This document shows positions 17,813-27,504 of a DNA stretch of 64,000 bases, in pieces (within the stretch, counting starts at the first letter, position 1; each line of letters begins with the position of its first letter). A program made the position numbers and the translations under genes. The notes beneath the pieces were generated by a model. That model did not search any database. It was not told the DNA's origin and saw only the letters and a program-made list of their open reading frames with translations. The stretch is from an uncultured bacterium (GTDB lineage: Bacteria; Babelota; Babeliae; Babelales; Vermiphilaceae). The DNA is taken from contig CAWBEW010000002.1 of assembly GCA_963788045.1 (NCBI GenBank), positions 118,596 through 182,595 of the forward strand, given 5' to 3'.

Positions 17813-18079
17813 ATGAAAAATGAAACTTCTCGCATGACTATCGATATGCCCGCTTCAACACATAAAAAATTTAAGCAGTTAGCAGCTCGCCAGGGTAGCA
17901 CTATGCGCCAGATGCTTGTTGATTTTATCAATGCTCAAATTGAACAAGAAAGCAGAGAATGCCCCTATGATCACATCCCGAATGCCGAAACACGCAAGGC
18001 TATGGAGAATACCGATAAGGGGAAAGGCTTAGTGCGCTGCAAAGATGCTAAGGATCTTTTTAAGAAGTTAGGCATTTAA
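17813..18079 (+). CDS. RelB/DinJ-type ribbon-helix-helix antitoxin
   Basis: MTIDMPASTHKKFKQLAARQGSTMRQMLVDFI RHH-like. C-terminal IPNAETRKAMEN...DLFKKLG. Stop overlaps the toxin start (TAATG). Confidence 0.7.
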   Translation: MKNETSRMTIDMPASTHKKFKQLAARQGSTMRQMLVDFINAQIEQESRECPYDHIPNAETRKAMENTDKGKGLVRCKDAKDLFKKLGI

Positions 18080-18348
18080 TGCTTGCTCCAACCTATCGAA
18101 ATAATTTTAAAAAAGATCTAAAAAAGGCAAAGGCTCGCAGTAAAAATCTGACTAAAATTACTGCAATAATGGAGCTTCTCATCGATGAAAAGCCTTTGGC
18201 AGCAAAACATAAAAACCATAAACTAAAAGGCGATTATATTGACCATTGGGAATGCCATGTTGAACCCGATTGGCTCTTAGTCTATAAAAAAACCAAAACA
18301 GAGATCTTTTTTGAACGGACAGGAACTCATTCCGATCTTTTCGAGTGA
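18079..18348 (+). CDS. YafQ/RelE-family mRNA interferase toxin
   Basis: 89 aa. FKKDLKKAKARSKNL ... HKLKGDYIDHWECHVEPDWLLVYKK ... RTGTHSDLF matches the YafQ signature. Confidence 0.8.
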   Translation: MLAPTYRNNFKKDLKKAKARSKNLTKITAIMELLIDEKPLAAKHKNHKLKGDYIDHWECHVEPDWLLVYKKTKTEIFFERTGTHSDLFE

Positions 18349-18447
18349 CTCTCTCTACCCAGAATTATTTGACAAATTGACAATATTTGGTAGCCTGATC
18401 TATAGCAAGAGCCTTATTAAAGGCAAAATATTGAATTGGAGGTTATC

Positions 18448-19275
18448 ATGTTCAAAAAATTATTATTTGCTCTTTTATTAATAAATCCACTCGCCAATGG
18501 AATGGTTGTATATCCTGAAGGCGTTAATGTAGTTGACGTCAGACAATCTCAAAAACAGTTGGCTTTGGACTATCATAATGTTTTAACAAAACAAGACCCT
18601 TATGCCTATTATTGGAGCTGGGCAAAAGCGCTTCCTGCAATGGCCAGCGCAGCCGCACAACTAGGTTTTAGCAAAGTAACGGGTATTCAAACTGCTCCCC
18701 AAAAAGCACTTAATGAAATTAAAGAACTGCCCAAAGAAGTAGCATCATCAGGAGAAGCGTTAATTACCATTTTCAACAATCATGGATTAACCGGATTGGC
18801 ATCATTTATTGTGAATATTAAAAATTCATATAAGCCATACCAGCCGATGGTTGATTTATTAAAACGAGTCAAAACTCATAATCAAAGTATGACCATGCGT
18901 GTGGCATCTAATATGGGACCACAAATATGGCAAAATTCACAAGCATCGCTTGCAAATAACAATCCTTTTAATGGATTACTCGAACAGCGCGGGCAAATTG
19001 TAGATTATCGCAAATATACGCCTTCTTCTCAACCGGTAACAACCGACCAATATTTGAGCCAGCACGCGAAACCAACCTCACAATTCTTTGACTCATTTCA
19101 GAACGAGTTTAATAAAGGTGATGAAAAAGTTACCATTTTTATTGATGATAAAGAATCAAATGTCAAAGCAGCCGCAGCGCGCGGATTGGTGGGAATCCAT
19201 TTTGATCGCAAGAAAGAAAATGCGATGACTATTTTTGAGCAAAATTTAGCAACCTTGGGCATTAAAGTTCACTAA
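18448..19275 (+). CDS. secreted hypothetical protein, weak HAD-like C-terminus
   Basis: GGAGG then ATG. MFKKLLFALLLINPLANG signal. VTIFIDDKESNVKAAAARGLVGIHF resembles a late HAD motif, but the DxDxT motif is not intact. Confidence 0.5.
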   Translation: MFKKLLFALLLINPLANGMVVYPEGVNVVDVRQSQKQLALDYHNVLTKQDPYAYYWSWAKALPAMASAAAQLGFSKVTGIQTAPQKALNEIKELPKEVASSGEALITIFNNHGLTGLASFIVNIKNSYKPYQPMVDLLKRVKTHNQSMTMRVASNMGPQIWQNSQASLANNNPFNGLLEQRGQIVDYRKYTPSSQPVTTDQYLSQHAKPTSQFFDSFQNEFNKGDEKVTIFIDDKESNVKAAAARGLVGIHFDRKKENAMTIFEQNLATLGIKVH

Positions 19276-19304
19276 TCGCTGTATATTAAAAATGGGAGGT
19301 TATC

Positions 19305-19880
19305 ATGAAGCATTATATATTACTCTTAACCGCTCTCTTTGCTATTCCCGGCTCACTGCCTGCTATGGAAAAAGAGGCAAAAATCCAGAGAATTAAGATT
19401 GATAAAAGTAAAGTGACTTACAACTATGAGGCAAGATCATTTTTAGATTCAGTGCCAGACAATCTTGCTGACTATGTAATTACCGCATTCTATCAGCAGT
19501 ACCAGAAAGTAGGGAAAGTTATATACCGCTCTCATTATGATCATGAAAATTGTGATCGAAATGACTTTAGCAAATGCCACGAATATCCGAAGTGCTGGGA
19601 AATTACTTATCTGCTTATTGAGCCGCAGTATCGCAATAACGGCATCGGGTTTGAACTCTTTAAACGATGCGTAGATGATGTGTGCAAAAAAAATTGCAAA
19701 ACCTTAATCTGGGATGCACGCCCTTTTGGCCAGGAGCGAGTATCCATTGATGAACTAATTGCCGTCTATGAAAAAATGATTAAAGAACTTAACAAGAAAG
19801 AACCTAAGAAGGCTGAACTACTCAAAGCTCAAAAAGATCCGACTGGTGACTATGCGGTGATGGCAATTGGCTTAACCTAA
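19305..19880 (+). CDS. GNAT family N-acetyltransferase with signal peptide
   Basis: GGAGG SD. MKHYILLLTALFAIPGSLPA signal. IEPQYRNNGIGFELFKRCVDDV motif. Confidence 0.65.
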   Translation: MKHYILLLTALFAIPGSLPAMEKEAKIQRIKIDKSKVTYNYEARSFLDSVPDNLADYVITAFYQQYQKVGKVIYRSHYDHENCDRNDFSKCHEYPKCWEITYLLIEPQYRNNGIGFELFKRCVDDVCKKNCKTLIWDARPFGQERVSIDELIAVYEKMIKELNKKEPKKAELLKAQKDPTGDYAVMAIGLT

Positions 19881-19967
19881 GAACAGCAAATTCCATACCT
19901 TCCCATTTATTCGATTGGTTTTATACTAAGCAATAAATAATAAAATTTTAGCATCGAAGGTTATCAC

Positions 19968-20849
19968 ATGGTTTTTGGTTTTATCAAAAAAACATTTCAA
20001 AAAATTTACGATAGCGTTACGTCTCCCATCAAAGCTCTTTTTGCTCGGCCGATCGATGAACAGGCGCTCGATGAGCTAGAGACAATTTTATTAAGCGCTG
20101 ACACCGGAATTAAAACTACCCGCCTGCTGGTTGATACGGTTAAAAATGCCTGGCAGCATGGCACCATCAAAGAAGGAACGGATCTCAAAGCGCTTTTGCA
20201 ATTGCAGATGGAACAATTGCTTCTGCAAAAAAAATTTAAACCACACAGTTCACTTTTTTTGCTTGTTGGTATCAATGGCAGCGGCAAAACAACTGCGGCG
20301 GCAAAATTGGCACACCAATTTCACGGTAAAAAAATTCTTTTCATCGCTGCCGATACCTTTCGAGCAGCTGCAACTGAGCAACTTGCTCGATGGGCTCAAA
20401 AACTGGGAGCCGATATTGTAATTGGCAAAGAAGGCCAAGATCCGGCTTCAGTGATTTTTGCAGGGATTCAGAAATTTAAGCAAGAACATTTTGATGTGCT
20501 CATCATTGATACGGCAGGCCGCTTACAAACTAAAATTAATTTGATGAAAGAGTTAGAAAAAATTAAGCGGGTAATTACCGCACAACTTCCTGATACGTCT
20601 ATCACCACCTTGCTGGCCATTGATGCGATGCTCGGACAAAACTCATTTGAACAGGCAAAATTATTCCATGAGAGTACGCCTATTGATGGCGTTATCCTCA
20701 CCAAAATGGATGGCACAGGCAAAGGGGGCATCGTGTTTGGCATCACCAATGAATTAAAAATTCCGGTTGCCTATATTTCTTTTGGTGAACAGCCGGAACA
20801 ATTTAAACTTTTTGATGCACATGAATATGTTCATGATTTATTGCATTAA
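19968..20849 (+). CDS. ftsY: signal recognition particle receptor FtsY
   Basis: GINGSGKTTAAAKLA, DTAGRLQ and TKMDGTGKGG motifs. Confidence 0.9.
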   Translation: MVFGFIKKTFQKIYDSVTSPIKALFARPIDEQALDELETILLSADTGIKTTRLLVDTVKNAWQHGTIKEGTDLKALLQLQMEQLLLQKKFKPHSSLFLLVGINGSGKTTAAAKLAHQFHGKKILFIAADTFRAAATEQLARWAQKLGADIVIGKEGQDPASVIFAGIQKFKQEHFDVLIIDTAGRLQTKINLMKELEKIKRVITAQLPDTSITTLLAIDAMLGQNSFEQAKLFHESTPIDGVILTKMDGTGKGGIVFGITNELKIPVAYISFGEQPEQFKLFDAHEYVHDLLH

Positions 20850-21010
20850 ACGACCATAAATCCAAGGACGACAAAAACTAAGACCAGAATCAAAAAGATA
20901 AAGAATAATCCTTTGGCGATCCCTGAAAAACTTGATGAAACGCCAGAAAATCCAAAAAATCCCGCAACAAGTGATAAAATGCCAAAAATAATAGCCCATT
21001 TTAATAACAT
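20846..21010 (-). CDS. UPF0391/DUF1328-like small membrane protein (54 aa), not in the ORF track
   Basis: MLLKWAIIFGILSLVAGFFGFSGVSSSFSGIAKGLFFIFLILVLVFVVLGFMVV. Its stop overlaps the ftsY stop convergently. Confidence 0.6.
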   Translation of the reverse strand: MLLKWAIIFGILSLVAGFFGFSGVSSSFSGIAKGLFFIFLILVLVFVVLGFMVV

Positions 21011-21104
21011 GGTATTTCCTTTTTTTTAAAAAACTTTTGCCATAATGTACTATAATAATTTAGGATAAAAAAAATCCATACATTTTTTATAAAAGCAAAA
21101 CATC

Positions 21105-22019
21105 ATGATTATTATAGGCCTCTTAATTTCACAAATCGAACAAAAATTAATTCCAAAATTTAATAATGCAACACTTTGCACCCAATATGCCTGGTGGCTT
21201 ATTGAAACTATTACCGGCAAAAAAGAAATCAATCTGATCAGTCAACAAGAATTTAAATGGACTGATACCAATCAAAAGAAACTTGATGAATATCTTGATC
21301 AGCTCATCAATAAAGATATGCCCCTGCAATATCTTTTGGGCTCAACTCCCTTTGGCAATCTTGATATTTTGTGCAGACCGCCAGTACTCATTCCACGCCC
21401 AGAAACTGAAGAATGGTGCATGAATGTGGCCCAACAATTACAATTTTTGAGCAATCAACAATTATGGATTTTAGATCTGTGCACCGGCAGTGGTTGCATT
21501 GCACTCGCACTTGCCAAAGCATTACCCAAGGCAAAAGTATTGGCCACCGATATTCATGATGAAGCGCTGGCCCTTGCGCAAGAAAATGCTGCTCATAATC
21601 ATATTACCAATGTAACATTTTTACGCTCAGATCTTTTTGCACAAATTCCAGGAGAGTTTACTTTTGATCTCATTGTAGCCAATCCGCCGTACATTCCCGA
21701 AAAAGATTGGGCAACTCTTGATAAATCAGTAAGCCAATGGGAAGATAAAAATGCATTAATTGCCAAAGATAGCGGGCTGGCACTTATTAAAAAAATTATC
21801 GATCGCGTACCCGAATATATTAAAACGAACGATGAACTCAAAAAGGCTCAACTTCCGCAATTAATGCTAGAAATTGATCATACCCAAGGTGCAGCAGTTG
21901 CTGAGTATATGAAGCAGCATGGTTACAACCAAATTAAGATCACAAAAGATCTTGAAGGTAATGATCGTGTGGCGAGTGGGAGAGTTGATAATGTGGCCAT
22001 TACCAAAAATACAGTATGA
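21105..22019 (+). CDS. prmC: release factor glutamine methyltransferase PrmC (HemK)
   Basis: LDLCTGSGCIALALA SAM motif and IVANPPYIP catalytic motif. Confidence 0.85.
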   Translation: MIIIGLLISQIEQKLIPKFNNATLCTQYAWWLIETITGKKEINLISQQEFKWTDTNQKKLDEYLDQLINKDMPLQYLLGSTPFGNLDILCRPPVLIPRPETEEWCMNVAQQLQFLSNQQLWILDLCTGSGCIALALAKALPKAKVLATDIHDEALALAQENAAHNHITNVTFLRSDLFAQIPGEFTFDLIVANPPYIPEKDWATLDKSVSQWEDKNALIAKDSGLALIKKIIDRVPEYIKTNDELKKAQLPQLMLEIDHTQGAAVAEYMKQHGYNQIKITKDLEGNDRVASGRVDNVAITKNTV

Positions 22020-22668
22020 ACAAATTTGCATAGTGCTTGATGCATGCCATGCAACATGCGGTTGGATTACTCAATCATCAAAAAAGCAACTCACGTTAAA
22101 AGCATATAAAATTATCGCCTGGGAAAAAAGCACACCAATTCTTACCAAAGAACTCAATGATTTTGTGCAACAATACCAATTGCACAATGCCTTGCTAACC
22201 TGCGCCGTTTCAAATCCACTGATTCATGAACAATTAATCAGAGTATCAACTGCATCACCCGCAGCTCACGAATTAGCACATCCGTTATTAAAAAAAATAC
22301 TCTGGGATTATCGGTATTTGCACACGCTTGATGATGGGCAATCATTATTTTATGTGTGCGGTATTTCCCGGCCACTTTTATTTTCCCATCATCTGTTGGC
22401 GCAGCAAACCATGTTGCATTTAATGAATATAACGAGCGGCTACATGGCGCTGATCAGCGCATACGCTAGATTATTTGGCACCGCATTTCGCCGATCGCAA
22501 CTGGCAATTGATTTGCTTGCGCATGATTATCAGTTAGAGAAAAGTATGAATGTGGATAGCATTGCCCGTCTTTTGCACATTGATCCTGCAGTTACTCTTG
22601 ATATGCATGAACAAAAAGTATCATTATTAACCATGATTGGTCTTTTAAATCAAGAAAGAATGAAATAA
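21991..22668 (+). CDS. hypothetical protein
   Basis: Start placed at MWPLPK, overlapping the prmC end. Stop overlaps the next start (ATGA-type coupling at 22668). A PilM/FtsA-like role is only a guess from context. Confidence 0.4.
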   Translation: MWPLPKIQYEQICIVLDACHATCGWITQSSKKQLTLKAYKIIAWEKSTPILTKELNDFVQQYQLHNALLTCAVSNPLIHEQLIRVSTASPAAHELAHPLLKKILWDYRYLHTLDDGQSLFYVCGISRPLLFSHHLLAQQTMLHLMNITSGYMALISAYARLFGTAFRRSQLAIDLLAHDYQLEKSMNVDSIARLLHIDPAVTLDMHEQKVSLLTMIGLLNQERMK

Positions 22669-23189
22669 TGGAATCAATAAATTTTTATAGTAATGGATCA
22701 CCAAAAAAACATAAAGCCGTTTCACGTTGGTTTTGCATGAGCTGCATCGCAGTTGCAACCATTGCAATAAGCCTAGCGAGTTTGCAGGTGCAGCAATGGC
22801 ATATTCATTCATCATTAGTATCAGAAAAAAATGAACTCAACGCACAATTGCATACACTTGATCATGTTGCAGCCTATCAAAAAAACCAAAAATCATTGCA
22901 GGCAAAACAAGAAAAAAAGGCAGAACATCTGAAAAACCATAATAAGTATCTAAAAAATCCGGTAGCGTTACTCAAAAATATCAAGGTATCGCTCAAGAAT
23001 GATGCGCGCCTTGAAGCAGTATCCTTGCATGAAAAAAATATTGAGCTAAAAATAACAAGCGAAAAAACAAAAACATTAATGCAGTGCGCTCAAGCATTGA
23101 GTGAAAACTCTTGCTATGCAGATCTGCAAATTACTGCACTTGAGTGTAGAGAAAAAAATCGATTTTTAGGGACTCTTAAAAATAATTAA
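22668..23189 (+). CDS. hypothetical single-pass membrane protein with coiled coil
   Basis: WFCMSCIAVATIAISLASL TM helix followed by a Lys/Gln-rich helical region. Confidence 0.45.
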   Translation: MESINFYSNGSPKKHKAVSRWFCMSCIAVATIAISLASLQVQQWHIHSSLVSEKNELNAQLHTLDHVAAYQKNQKSLQAKQEKKAEHLKNHNKYLKNPVALLKNIKVSLKNDARLEAVSLHEKNIELKITSEKTKTLMQCAQALSENSCYADLQITALECREKNRFLGTLKNN

Positions 23190-23232
23190 AAAAATATTTT
23201 TTTCCTGGCATACTTACAATATCAAAAAAATA

Positions 23233-23316
23233 ATCCTTCGATATGCTTCTACGCAGCTACTCAGGATGTGTGCTTGTACACATGGTGAGTGATTGCGCTA
23301 GCAATCGTATCGAACC
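23233..23316. repeat. composite repeat, module B plus module A
   Basis: ATCCTTCGATA-loop-TACTCAGGATGTGTG ... CACATGGTGAGTGATTGCGCTAGCAATCGTATCGAACC. Reverse complement of the 38514-38601 copy, with different loop sequences. Confidence 0.8.
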
Positions 23317-23337
23317 ACACCTTTTAATTATCGCATC

Positions 23338-25287
23338 ATGGCACGCATCAAACAATTATCCCCCCAAGAAGCACAAAAAATCGCCGCAGGCGAAGTCGTC
23401 GAACGCCCGGCAAACGTGGTGAAAGAACTTGTTGAAAATGCTTTGGATGCCGGCGCAACCCAAATCACCATTCATATTCAAGATGCCGGAAAAACATTAA
23501 TCAGAATTGTTGATAATGGATGTGGAATGGGGCAAGAAGATGCGCATCTATGTTTTAAACATCATGCAACCAGCAAAATTACTCGTGTTGACGATCTGCC
23601 AACACTTACCACATTTGGTTTTCGCGGTGAAGCACTTTCGAGTATTGCTGCCGTGAGTAATGTCACCCTCATCACCAAAGAAACTCATACACCGATGGGG
23701 ACCAAGCTGGTACTCCAACAAGGCACCGTTGTTTCTGATGAACAAGCCCCATGTAATAATGGAACTGATATCAGCATTGCTGATCTATTTTTTAATGTCC
23801 CCGCACGCAAAAAATTCTTAAAGACGCATGAAACCGAGTCTCGGCAAATTATGCTTCTGTTTCAAGCATTTTGCTTGGATTATTTGCAGGTTCATTTTAA
23901 ATTATTTTCCCAAGGAAGTTTATTATATAATTGCCCCGCCGTTGCAGACGTTGCACAACGAATTGCGCAACTTTGGGATCATACGGTTGCACAGCAGACA
24001 CTGCCCATCTCCGCTGAAAAAAACGGTACTCGCATTGAAGGCTGCATCTCAAATCATACCTTCTCACGCTATGATCGGTCTGCAATTTTTATTTTTGTTA
24101 ATCAACGATGGGTAAAAAATCATGCACTCAGCAAAGCACTCATCAAAGGATATATGAATGTCTTACAGTCTGATAAATTTCCACTTGCATGCATCTCTAT
24201 AACTATCGATCCGGCATTGGTTGATATTAATATTCATCCTCGAAAAGAAGAAATACAATTTTTAAATCCTCGGATTATTGAGCAATTGCTGCAAACTACG
24301 GTAAAAGAAAATTTAGAAAAACATCTTTCGGCGCAGCTTAATAAGAGGGTTGAGTTTGCAGAACCAAATCCTGGATTTAAAGGATTTGAGAATAAACATG
24401 GTTCGATACGATTGCTTCGCAATCACTCACCACGAACGGACTCCGTAATGCCAGGTTCTTCTGATATAACTCTTGCCCAATCCAAAGAAATTCCATTCCC
24501 ATTCATCCTGCCTGCCCGCCCCTTTGACTATGCTCAGGATAAACTCCACTCGAAGAACGACGGCTGGGAGAAAGCCAAAGGCGCGTCGATGGGGGCGAAC
24601 GGGGAGGATAACCCGTTCGTGCTGAGCCCGTCGAAGCATTCACCAAACGATTCCATTCAAATGCAAAAACCGATCATCGAAGCTCCAACCAAAAATACCC
24701 AACACACCGAATATCAAATAATCGGCCAATTTCATAAAACGTATATTCTCATCGAACAAGAAGAAAGTTTATTTTTAGTTGATCAACACGCAGCGCATGA
24801 AAGAATTTTATACGAACTCTTTTCAACGCGATTTGATGAAGTTGCGACGATCGGTCTTTTATTTCCGCAAATTATTACCCTCAATCCCGATGAAATTCAA
24901 CAGATTGAACCTCATCTGCAAATTTTTACCAGTAATCATATTTCCATTGAAATAATGGGCGCTCACCAACTCATAGTCAACGCAATTCCGGTACATTTAA
25001 AAGAAATAAATATAGAAGAATTAGTACGGCAGACCATCGGATGGATTACTGAATTTCAAAACCTTGAAGCTGATGCCTGGTATAAAAAGGTACATGAAAA
25101 ACTGCATGCGCAGATGGCATGCAAAGCAGCAGTGAAAGCCGGAGATGTTTTAACCATGGTGCAGATGCAGCAATTGTTGCAAGATCTTGAAAAAATAGAA
25201 AACCGCTTCACCTGCCCGCATGGCCGGCCAACCGGATGGGCGCTTCCTTTATATGAGATCGAGAAAAAATTTAAACGGAAATTGTAA
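23338..25287 (+). CDS. mutL: DNA mismatch repair protein MutL with repeat-derived linker insertion
   Basis: N-terminal GHKL ATPase motifs (VVKELVENALDAG, DNGCGM, GFRGEAL). C-terminal QFHKTYIL...DQHAAHERI. The linker contains repeat-derived PFDYAQDKLHSKNDGWEKAKGASMGANGEDNPFVLSPSKHS. Confidence 0.9.
   Translation: MARIKQLSPQEAQKIAAGEVVERPANVVKELVENALDAGATQITIHIQDAGKTLIRIVDNGCGMGQEDAHLCFKHHATSKITRVDDLPTLTTFGFRGEALSSIAAVSNVTLITKETHTPMGTKLVLQQGTVVSDEQAPCNNGTDISIADLFFNVPARKKFLKTHETESRQIMLLFQAFCLDYLQVHFKLFSQGSLLYNCPAVADVAQRIAQLWDHTVAQQTLPISAEKNGTRIEGCISNHTFSRYDRSAIFIFVNQRWVKNHALSKALIKGYMNVLQSDKFPLACISITIDPALVDINIHPRKEEIQFLNPRIIEQLLQTTVKENLEKHLSAQLNKRVEFAEPNPGFKGFENKHGSIRLLRNHSPRTDSVMPGSSDITLAQSKEIPFPFILPARPFDYAQDKLHSKNDGWEKAKGASMGANGEDNPFVLSPSKHSPNDSIQMQKPIIEAPTKNTQHTEYQIIGQFHKTYILIEQEESLFLVDQHAAHERILYELFSTRFDEVATIGLLFPQIITLNPDEIQQIEPHLQIFTSNHISIEIMGAHQLIVNAIPVHLKEINIEELVRQTIGWITEFQNLEADAWYKKVHEKLHAQMACKAAVKAGDVLTMVQMQQLLQDLEKIENRFTCPHGRPTGWALPLYEIEKKFKRKL
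24501..24640. repeat. nested repeat modules C, D and E inside the mutL reading frame
   Basis: CCTGCCCGCC (as at 14791). Module D at 24521-24555 (as at 50668). CGACGGCTGGG (as at 27580). CGTTCGTGCTGAGCCCGTCGAAGCAT at 24614-24639 is the reverse complement of the 59101 copy. Confidence 0.75.
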
Positions 25288-25289
25288 AT

Positions 25290-26162
25290 TTACTGTGGCA
25301 CAAATTGCTCTTCCTTTATCTCTTCCTGATATTCTTCTAACTTTTTGAAATCGCCATGAGGATTTTTTTGCATATGTACTTCAATTTGCAACAAGACGGG
25401 CGTCATTCGTAAATCGGTAATATATTGATTCTGCTCGTATCCGGGAGACTCCTCTTGAGATTCAAAAAATCTGAGCAAAAGTGCCTTTTGTTGGGAATAC
25501 AACTTTCTCACTGGCCAGGCAAGCGTCTCTGCCTGTTGTCTTCCGGTTATATTATTTTGATCAATATAGGTTAATCGATTTTTGAGCGCGAGTGCAATTT
25601 CATTCGCTCTCATTGCAAACGCTTCATCGGCTGCTTGTTTTTTCAGGATACTAAAATCATACGGCAATCCATTTTCTTCTTTCTTCTCTTTTGCGCAGGC
25701 CAATTGTTCCAGATCCTTTTTTTTCTTGTCCTGATTTTGCTCATGTCGGGAAGCCTCCAGTCGCGCTTTTAATTCCGATAATGTGATGGCAAAATCAGTG
25801 CTTTTCTCTCTGGCTAACTCATCTTTAAGATGGGCGGTATAGTCTCCAGAACCTCTTCTCCCTATGGTCTTTGAAATCCGCGAGCCGGTAGGGCTACTGC
25901 TAAAACTATGCGATTTGGAAGTGGGTTGATCATCACGGGCCGCCAAAGGTTTGGGTGAACTGGAGGAAGGAGAAGATAGTGGCGATGATGGGGATGATGG
26001 CAGTGCACTCGGACTTGAGGCACGATTAATAATCTTGGCAATAAATGCCAACCGCGACGGGCTGGATTCTTTTTTGTCTTTATCTTTATCCTCTGGTCTT
26101 TTCTCCATAGCTGAGCAGACGCCAACTGTTGCACACAATATCATACCAATAATCATTTTCAT
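25290..26162 (-). CDS. secreted Ser/Pro-rich hypothetical protein
   Basis: MKMIIGMILCATVGVCSA signal, a KDKDKDKK run, then SPSALPSSPSSPLSSPSSSSPKP low complexity. Confidence 0.55.
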   Translation of the reverse strand: MKMIIGMILCATVGVCSAMEKRPEDKDKDKKESSPSRLAFIAKIINRASSPSALPSSPSSPLSSPSSSSPKPLAARDDQPTSKSHSFSSSPTGSRISKTIGRRGSGDYTAHLKDELAREKSTDFAITLSELKARLEASRHEQNQDKKKKDLEQLACAKEKKEENGLPYDFSILKKQAADEAFAMRANEIALALKNRLTYIDQNNITGRQQAETLAWPVRKLYSQQKALLLRFFESQEESPGYEQNQYITDLRMTPVLLQIEVHMQKNPHGDFKKLEEYQEEIKEEQFVPQ

Positions 26163-26289
26163 AAAATTCCCCTCTAAAATTATGTCCTTTAATAATTCTA
26201 AAGGAGGGCACAAACTCTTTACAATACGTAACTCGATTCACTAGAATTTTTTCAGCATCTAAACCATTTTTTTATTAAAAGGATTTCTT

Positions 26290-26823
26290 ATGAATGCTCA
26301 ACAATTACGGTCACATGCTGGGGTATTTCTTGGCTTGGGTCTTGCGCTCATTGCGCTCGGATCTCTGGCAATTTACTCAGTTACGTTTGCCACCTTTGCA
26401 TCCGTGATTTTTTTCGGGTGGTTATTAGTATTTTCCGGTTTCATTCAATTTGGGCACGCATTATATGCACGCGAATGGAGTGGTTTTTTGCTTCAATTAC
26501 TCTTGGGCATTTTTGCCCTGGTTGCGGGCGGCTTAATTCTTTATAGACCAACAGCAGGAGCAATATCCCTTACGCTGTTATTATCGTTTTTATTTATTAT
26601 TCAAGGAACCATTCGCATTGTTTTAGCGCTTACTCGCCGCTTTGAGCATTGGGTTTGGGTGTTGGTGAGCGGAATTTTAACACTCATACTTGGTATTCTT
26701 ATTTTAAGACAATGGCCATACTCTGGGCTTTATATTATTGGCCTTTTTGTAGGAATTGATCTTATTTTTAATGGCTGGACATTGGTGATGCTCAGTTTTG
26801 CTGCAAAAAAATTTTCTAAATAA
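26290..26823 (+). CDS. HdeD/DUF308-like multi-pass membrane protein
   Basis: 177 aa with about six regularly spaced hydrophobic helices and Gly-rich turns. Family assignment is from general appearance only. Confidence 0.5.
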   Translation: MNAQQLRSHAGVFLGLGLALIALGSLAIYSVTFATFASVIFFGWLLVFSGFIQFGHALYAREWSGFLLQLLLGIFALVAGGLILYRPTAGAISLTLLLSFLFIIQGTIRIVLALTRRFEHWVWVLVSGILTLILGILILRQWPYSGLYIIGLFVGIDLIFNGWTLVMLSFAAKKFSK

Positions 26824-26863
26824 AACCAACCCATCCTGATTTTCTTCAGGATGGGTATTTTTA

Positions 26864-27481
26864 TCATTTTGAATGTAATTGCCGATAGGCATGAATCATC
26901 ATAAGCACAGAAACGGGGATCGTGATAACTAAATTGAGTAAAATTCCCGCAATAATAAGCAATCCAAATACTCGCCAAAAACTTCCGGTAGTCATTGCAT
27001 AACTTTTTTTAAATGCAGCAATGATGCCACAGTTAGTATCTAAAATCGTAAAGAAGGCAAAAATAAATTTAACCGCTAAATAGATACCCGGAATAATTAA
27101 TAAAATTAAACCAGCAGCCACAATAATATTAAAAAGAGCTGCAGCGAGCAGCAATTTAAGTATCATGGTAAAATCAAACTGGGAAAGAAAAAGCCCAAAT
27201 GAAAATGGCTCTGGGCCATTATCATAAAACCGCAATAACATCTTTGCAGGTAGAACCCAAACAAAAATCCCAAAAACATAGAGTATGAAATACCCTAGGG
27301 CTAGTAAAAGGGGAGAAAAATAGTGCATGGTAATTAACGCAAAAATAACCGCGGGAACGGCAAGAAAAAGAATTGAAAAACCTACCCATGCCAATGTGAG
27401 CTTTACAAAATACCAGGGATGAGAAACCAGCGCATTAACCGCGTATAAAATAGCCTTTTTGATTGATAATCGTTCATTCAT
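26864..27481 (-). CDS. multi-pass membrane protein
   Basis: Start placed at MNERLS. The upstream 15 codons of the ORF-track version read through repeat DNA (LSLSKGRMCG-type peptide). Confidence 0.5.
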   Translation of the reverse strand: MNERLSIKKAILYAVNALVSHPWYFVKLTLAWVGFSILFLAVPAVIFALITMHYFSPLLLALGYFILYVFGIFVWVLPAKMLLRFYDNGPEPFSFGLFLSQFDFTMILKLLLAAALFNIIVAAGLILLIIPGIYLAVKFIFAFFTILDTNCGIIAAFKKSYAMTTGSFWRVFGLLIIAGILLNLVITIPVSVLMMIHAYRQLHSK

Positions 27482-27504
27482 GTACAATTTCTCCTTGTAA
27501 GGCC

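Noticed and set aside
23233-23316. Repeat modules containing GGTTCGATAC as possible tRNA fragments or a CRISPR array
   Set aside because: There are no regularly spaced identical repeats with unique spacers. The copies are dispersed, in both orientations, with variable cores. Similarity to tRNA is limited to a T-loop-like hexamer.
25862-26244. ORFs 25862-26134 (minus strand, alternative frame) and 25951-26244 (plus strand) over the Ser/Pro-rich gene
   Set aside because: Low-complexity repeats keep several frames open. Only the frame with a signal peptide and an SD-compatible start was kept.
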